Part shown: in pieces, positions 59,817 to 64,000 of the stretch
Numbering within the stretch: the first letter of the stretch is position 1
Layout of the letters: the number at the start of each line of letters is the position of its first letter
Assembly (NCBI GenBank): GCA_029856145.1
Contig: JAHQWK010000004.1
Location: 180,641-244,640 of the forward strand
Direction: 5' to 3'
Source: Promethearchaeia archaeon
GTDB lineage: Archaea; Asgardarchaeota; Lokiarchaeia; Sigyniarchaeales; SOKP01
Length of the DNA stretch: 64,000 nucleotides
Program-made: the position numbers and the translations under genes
Notes under the pieces: generated by a model
Seen by the model: only the letters and a program-made list of their open reading frames with translations
The model's database searches: none
What the model was told of the DNA's origin: nothing

Positions 59817-60887
59817 TTATAGAGAACTTAAATATATTTCATACTTTTGAGTAAGAGCTCCTTTATAATAAGGCTTCCCGCCTACTTTTTGTTGAAATTT
59901 TTTATGCATTTTTAATTTCCAATTTTCAAAACCCTTAGTTATTCTTCCACCATATATAGCATTCTTCCCTGTCAATTTTTTATAAATTTTAGCTTCCAAA
60001 TTTAATGATGTTAGTTTTTTAATAGTTGGCTTCTTTTTATCTACAGTTTTTTTAGCATTAGGTTTTCTAACTGTAGATTTTTTGACTTTCGGCTTTTTAG
60101 GTGGAGCTTTTTTAGAAATAGTCTTTTTAGGTGGAACTTTTTTAGAAACAGTCTTTTTAGGTGGAGCTTTTTTAGAAACAGTCTTCTTAATGAGGCTATT
60201 TAAGTATAATTCATATTTCTTAGTAATTTTTCCCTTATAGTATGGAAAACCACCTGTTTTCTCCCGAAACTCTTTATGAACTCTCATTTTCCATTTTTGA
60301 AAAGCTTTCGTTTCAGTCCCACTCCATATGGCATTTTTCTTAGTGATTCTCTCATAAGTTTCAACTTCTGATTTGAATGTATCTAGTTTTTTAGACGGTC
60401 CTGGTTTTTTTACTTTTTTGGGTACTTTTGGTTTGAATCTACGTATAATTTCCATTATTTCGAGACATTCAAAGACATTTCCTTTATTATCACTAAAATA
60501 TGGAAGATCAAAACTATCTAAATAAATGGCAAAATCGAAGTAGTTAGTATGATCAATCTCAGGGCCCATATATTGAGCAGTAAAAACGATTACATTCTTA
60601 TCTTTAGAGACATTGATAATATTTCTTTTATATTCAGAGTATTGATAAAGAGATATTTTTTCAAAATCAGTGATGGAAGATAATAGTTTAATTTGAGCTT
60701 TAGATTTAATTTGAACATCATATTCTTCATACTTTTTATTATTAATAATAGCATTGAGAGCAATTAAGGAATATTCTTCTTCTGAATCAAGGGTTATATC
60801 TAAGAGAGCTTTTATAAATTGTTTTATGTGATTCCATTCTGACGCATAAGCAATTCCAATGATTTCTTTGGGTATACTTTCAAACAT
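59817..60887 (-). CDS. Basic protein with four copies of a short helical motif and an H1-like K/P/A linker
   Basis: YERITKKNAIWSG.ETKAFQKWK-type repeats; KKTVSKKAPP x3. Confidence 0.7.
   Translation of the reverse strand: MFESIPKEIIGIAYASEWNHIKQFIKALLDITLDSEEEYSLIALNAIINNKKYEEYDVQIKSKAQIKLLSSITDFEKISLYQYSEYKRNIINVSKDKNVIVFTAQYMGPEIDHTNYFDFAIYLDSFDLPYFSDNKGNVFECLEIMEIIRRFKPKVPKKVKKPGPSKKLDTFKSEVETYERITKKNAIWSGTETKAFQKWKMRVHKEFREKTGGFPYYKGKITKKYELYLNSLIKKTVSKKAPPKKTVSKKVPPKKTISKKAPPKKPKVKKSTVRKPNAKKTVDKKKPTIKKLTSLNLEAKIYKKLTGKNAIYGGRITKGFENWKLKMHKKFQQKVGGKPYYKGALTQKYEIYLSSL
60091..60188. repeat. 30-bp tandem repeat, about 3.2 copies, in frame
   Basis: gtctttttaggtggagcttttttagaaaca units. Confidence 0.9.
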
Positions 60888-61248
60888 GGACTTATTACAT
60901 AAAAAAAAGAAATATTCTAAAATATTATCAATTATAAGCTTTTCCTATACTTATAACACATAAAACTAATGTTTATTATATATTTGGATAATTCCTAAAC
61001 TTTATATTGATTTTAATTGTCTGGAAAAAGAGATTATCCACAAAAATAATCGATTTAATGAAAAAATAATAAAAAAATTCACTTCTTTTAAAATACTTTA
61101 ACTTTTTATTTAGGATTAAGAAGGTGATTTGTTTAGGATACTTTAGATTAAGATATTTGACTTTATTTAATTTAATTTTTTTTTTATAATATTACATATT
61201 CCAATTAATTTTTTGATGATAAAAATTACATCTTTTAATGATATGGAG

Positions 61249-61272
61249 CGTTATGTTTCTTTGGTAATAACG
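61249..61272. promoter_or_regulatory. ModE-like box upstream of tupABC
   Basis: CGTTAT-N12-ATAACG followed by TTTAAA. Confidence 0.65.
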
Positions 61273-61335
61273 TTTAAATTCAAAGAAGATTTTGACTTAA
61301 TATTAAATCTACCAATAAAAATTAGATAAAATATA

Positions 61336-62370
61336 ATGTTCACAAGAAAACCTTTAAAAATAATATTAAGTGAGCATAAAGCTGCTGTAATACTAGCTGT
61401 GGTAATTATCGCAGGAGGTTCAATTGGAACATATTTCGCAATAGATTACCTTAATGCTCAAAATCCTGAGAAAATTACACTAGCAACAACTACATCTACA
61501 TATGACTCAGGATTGTTAGATTACTTACTTCCAAAATTTACTGAACAAACGGGAATTCAAATTAAGGTTTTATCAGTCGGTACTGGCACTGCTATACAAT
61601 ACGGGAAAGATGGGAATGCTGATGTGATTCTCGTTCATTCAAGATCTAGAGAAGATGATTTTGTTAATGCTAGTCTTGGCGTTGATGGAATCCCATACGG
61701 AATTCATCGCGCTTGTATTATGTTCAATGATTTTATTATCGTTGGTCATTCTTCAAATCCAGCTAATTTACTTCCTGGTGATAACGTCACAACTGTTATG
61801 ACAAAATTAAGAGATGCAATAGATACAGGTAATATGACTTTTTACTCTAGAGGCGATAATTCTGGGACTCATTCAAAAGAAAAAGCATTATGGGCAGAAC
61901 TTGGTATTATAGCAGCAACAAGATGGAGTGCTCAGCCAGATAAGTATACAGAAACGGGACAAGGCATGGCTTCAACATTATTAATGACTTGGGAAGATGT
62001 TGATGCAGCTCATGAAGGATATACTTTAGTTGATAGAGGCACATGGCTTTCCTTCAATGACACTTATATTTCCTTGAATATATTAGCAGAATCTGTTGTT
62101 GGTGAAGATATTTTGTTAAACCCATATGGTGCTATCCCTATTAATCCAGTTCTACATCCTCATGTAAAGTATCTTTCTGCTTGTCGCTTTATTGGTTTTT
62201 TAACATCTCCTTATGGTCAAGCATTAATTAACACATATAGAAAAAATAATGTTGTTTTATTTCATGCGAGTTTTGGAACTTGTGATCATAATTGCAGTTG
62301 TACTACTACTGATGATGAAATCGTTATATGGACCCCCTTTCAAGCAGAATTTGCAGGTTTAACAGTCTAA
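61336..62370 (+). CDS. tupA: Tungstate ABC transporter substrate-binding protein
   Basis: LATTTSTYDSGLL, VGTGTA, DVILVH, SRGDNSGTH, DRGT, LLNPY. Confidence 0.93.
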   Translation: MFTRKPLKIILSEHKAAVILAVVIIAGGSIGTYFAIDYLNAQNPEKITLATTTSTYDSGLLDYLLPKFTEQTGIQIKVLSVGTGTAIQYGKDGNADVILVHSRSREDDFVNASLGVDGIPYGIHRACIMFNDFIIVGHSSNPANLLPGDNVTTVMTKLRDAIDTGNMTFYSRGDNSGTHSKEKALWAELGIIAATRWSAQPDKYTETGQGMASTLLMTWEDVDAAHEGYTLVDRGTWLSFNDTYISLNILAESVVGEDILLNPYGAIPINPVLHPHVKYLSACRFIGFLTSPYGQALINTYRKNNVVLFHASFGTCDHNCSCTTTDDEIVIWTPFQAEFAGLTV

Positions 62371-62432
62371 ACAATTTTAACAAAAATCTTTTTTTTAAAA
62401 ATTAATTTTATTTTGTTGTATTGGAAAAAGAA

Positions 62433-63128
62433 ATGTCGAATGAAATAATAGAAGGAATATTAGAAGCAATACGTTTAATATTTACCCTTGATCCCGAAAT
62501 TTGGGGCATTATTGCAGTATCTTTTAGAGTATCATTAACTTCAACTTTTTTAGCTGCCTTAGTGGCGTTGCCAATAGGGACATTCATAGGCTTGAGAGAA
62601 TTCAAGGGAAAAAGAGAATTAACAAATCTGATCAATACTTTTATGGGATTCCCCCCCGTAGTCATGGGATTAATAGTTTATTTGCTATTATCTCGGACTG
62701 GTCTATTTGGTGCATTAGGACTTTTATATTCAACTACCGCTATGATAATCGCTCAATTTCTTCTGGCAGTTCCAATAATTATGGGTACAACAAAAGCAGC
62801 CATTGAAAGCGTAGACCCTACCTTAAAAGAGACAATTCTCTCTTTAGGGGCAAATGAACGCCAATTATGGTGGGAATTAATCAAACACTCGAAAAAATCT
62901 ATTATTGCTGGATTTCTTGTCGCTTTTGGTCAGGCAATTTCAGAGGTGGGTGCAGTTATGATTGTTGGAGGTAATATTCGATGGGAAACAAGAACATTTA
63001 CTACCTCTATTGTACTTGAGACTCGTATGGGAGAATTCGGGATGGCTATCGCATTGGGTGCAATTCTTATTATAATATCTTTTATTGTGAATTATGGATT
63101 AACTCGTTTACAAAGTAGAGCTGATTAA
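62433..63128 (+). CDS. tupB: Tungstate ABC transporter permease
   Basis: NTFMGFPPVVMGL, FGQAISEVGAVMIVGGNIR.ETRT.TT. Confidence 0.93.
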   Translation: MSNEIIEGILEAIRLIFTLDPEIWGIIAVSFRVSLTSTFLAALVALPIGTFIGLREFKGKRELTNLINTFMGFPPVVMGLIVYLLLSRTGLFGALGLLYSTTAMIIAQFLLAVPIIMGTTKAAIESVDPTLKETILSLGANERQLWWELIKHSKKSIIAGFLVAFGQAISEVGAVMIVGGNIRWETRTFTTSIVLETRMGEFGMAIALGAILIIISFIVNYGLTRLQSRAD

Positions 63129-63129
63129 C

Positions 63130-64000
63130 ATGGAATTACTTGAAGTAAAAGATCTTAGCAAAGAATTTTACAAAAGAGATAAATCAATTATCAAAGTCCT
63201 CTCTAGTATCGATCTTATGGTTAAAAAAGGTGAAACCTTTGTAATAATAGGCCCAAATGGAAGTGGTAAAACTACACTATTAAAAATTATAGGGCTACTT
63301 GATTTACCAACACAAGGACAAATATTTTATAATCAACAAGATCTTACAAATATTTCAAGGAATATGCAAGTCCAATATAGAAGAAGACTCTCATTTGTTA
63401 GACAAAAACCTATTGTACGGAATACATCTGTATTCAATAATATTGCATATGGCCCAAAAGTACGTGGAATGAAATATAATGAATACAAGACATCTGTAGA
63501 TGAAATAATTGAGATTATTGGATTAAAAGGTATGGAAAATAAAAATGCAAGATCTCTATCAGGTGGAGAAATGCAACGTGTTGCGATTGCAATGAATTTT
63601 GTAATCAATCCTGAGATTTATTTATTAGATGAGGTTTCAGCTAACCTCGATTCGATGAATGTTAAATTATTAGAAGATTTTATAATGAGAATAAAGCAAG
63701 ACAAAGAAAAAACCATTATTATGAGTACCCATGATCCCCTTGAAGCAATAAAATATGCAGATCGCATCGCTGTACTCAATAATGGACAAATTATTCAGAT
63801 TGGAACTCCTAATGAAATATTTACAGCACCAAAGGATGAATTTACCGCTCTTTTTGTAGGATATGAAAACATCCTTTATGGAATTGCCGAATTAGATAAA
63901 ACTACAGGTTTATCCCAAATAAAAGTTAATGACTTAACTATTACATCATCAAACCAACTGGAGGGGGAAGTAAAAGTCTGTATTCGCCCAGAAAGCATTG
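63130..64000 (+). CDS. tupC: Tungstate ABC transporter ATPase (runs off the window)
   Basis: GPNGSGKTT, LSGGEMQR, LLDE, STHD. Confidence 0.9.
   Translation, partial: MELLEVKDLSKEFYKRDKSIIKVLSSIDLMVKKGETFVIIGPNGSGKTTLLKIIGLLDLPTQGQIFYNQQDLTNISRNMQVQYRRRLSFVRQKPIVRNTSVFNNIAYGPKVRGMKYNEYKTSVDEIIEIIGLKGMENKNARSLSGGEMQRVAIAMNFVINPEIYLLDEVSANLDSMNVKLLEDFIMRIKQDKEKTIIMSTHDPLEAIKYADRIAVLNNGQIIQIGTPNEIFTAPKDEFTALFVGYENILYGIAELDKTTGLSQIKVNDLTITSSNQLEGEVKVCIRPESI

Noticed and set aside
60091-60188. 30-bp repeats as a CRISPR array
   Set aside because: No spacers; an in-frame coding tandem repeat, and no cas genes in the window
61660-61710. Short insertion (SLGVDGIP) in TupA as a third, in-frame intron
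   Set aside because: No hairpin or BHB geometry visible; likely a protein loop. Stop-free in-frame introns elsewhere cannot be excluded by eye
3305-63608. Short ORFs overlapping or antisense to clear genes (e.g. 3305, 6560, 10617, 12044, 13820, 16544, 19869-20912, 22045, 22187, 25857, 29389, 34135, 37760, 38742, 40933, 45915, 46144, 47801, 48633, 48944, 52479, 54220-55038, 55162, 55383, 58867, 62408, 63333)
   Set aside because: Shadow frames of well-supported genes with no recognisable motifs

Overview
Low-GC archaeal DNA whose gene content (Rag-, Arf- and Rab-like GTPases, longin and Roadblock domains, a gelsolin-domain protein) points to an Asgard archaeon, most likely Lokiarchaeia (inference). 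Layout: a small-GTPase/two-component cluster with decayed duplicates (1-8.1 kb); an amidohydrolase and carboxylate-amine ligase block; a near-complete Aeropyrum-type mevalonate/isoprenoid cluster (14.3-27.8 kb); two orphan DNA methyltransferases; 7TM-longin fusions; tRNA-Leu(CAG) with an adjacent island (HEPN, AlbA_2, LRR); metal and redox genes; and tupABC at the right edge. Main results. (1) Two isoprenoid genes, uppS and mevalonate kinase, are each interrupted inside their most conserved motif by a 30-31 nt stop-containing hairpin. Each folds as a bulge-helix-bulge (BHB) substrate, both carry the same AUUUC loop, and cutting at the standard BHB positions exactly restores DGNRRWA and FGEHFVVYG. 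These are candidate tRNA-endonuclease-type mini-introns in Asgard mRNAs. (2) A probable unannotated selenoprotein (31759-32682) has an in-frame TGA and a eukaryote-like SECIS hairpin right after its stop. Also seen: recurrent ATT/ATA starts behind good Shine-Dalgarno motifs, three cases of cargo flanked by a displaced gene end, and several domain fusions. All family calls come from motif recognition by eye, not database searches.
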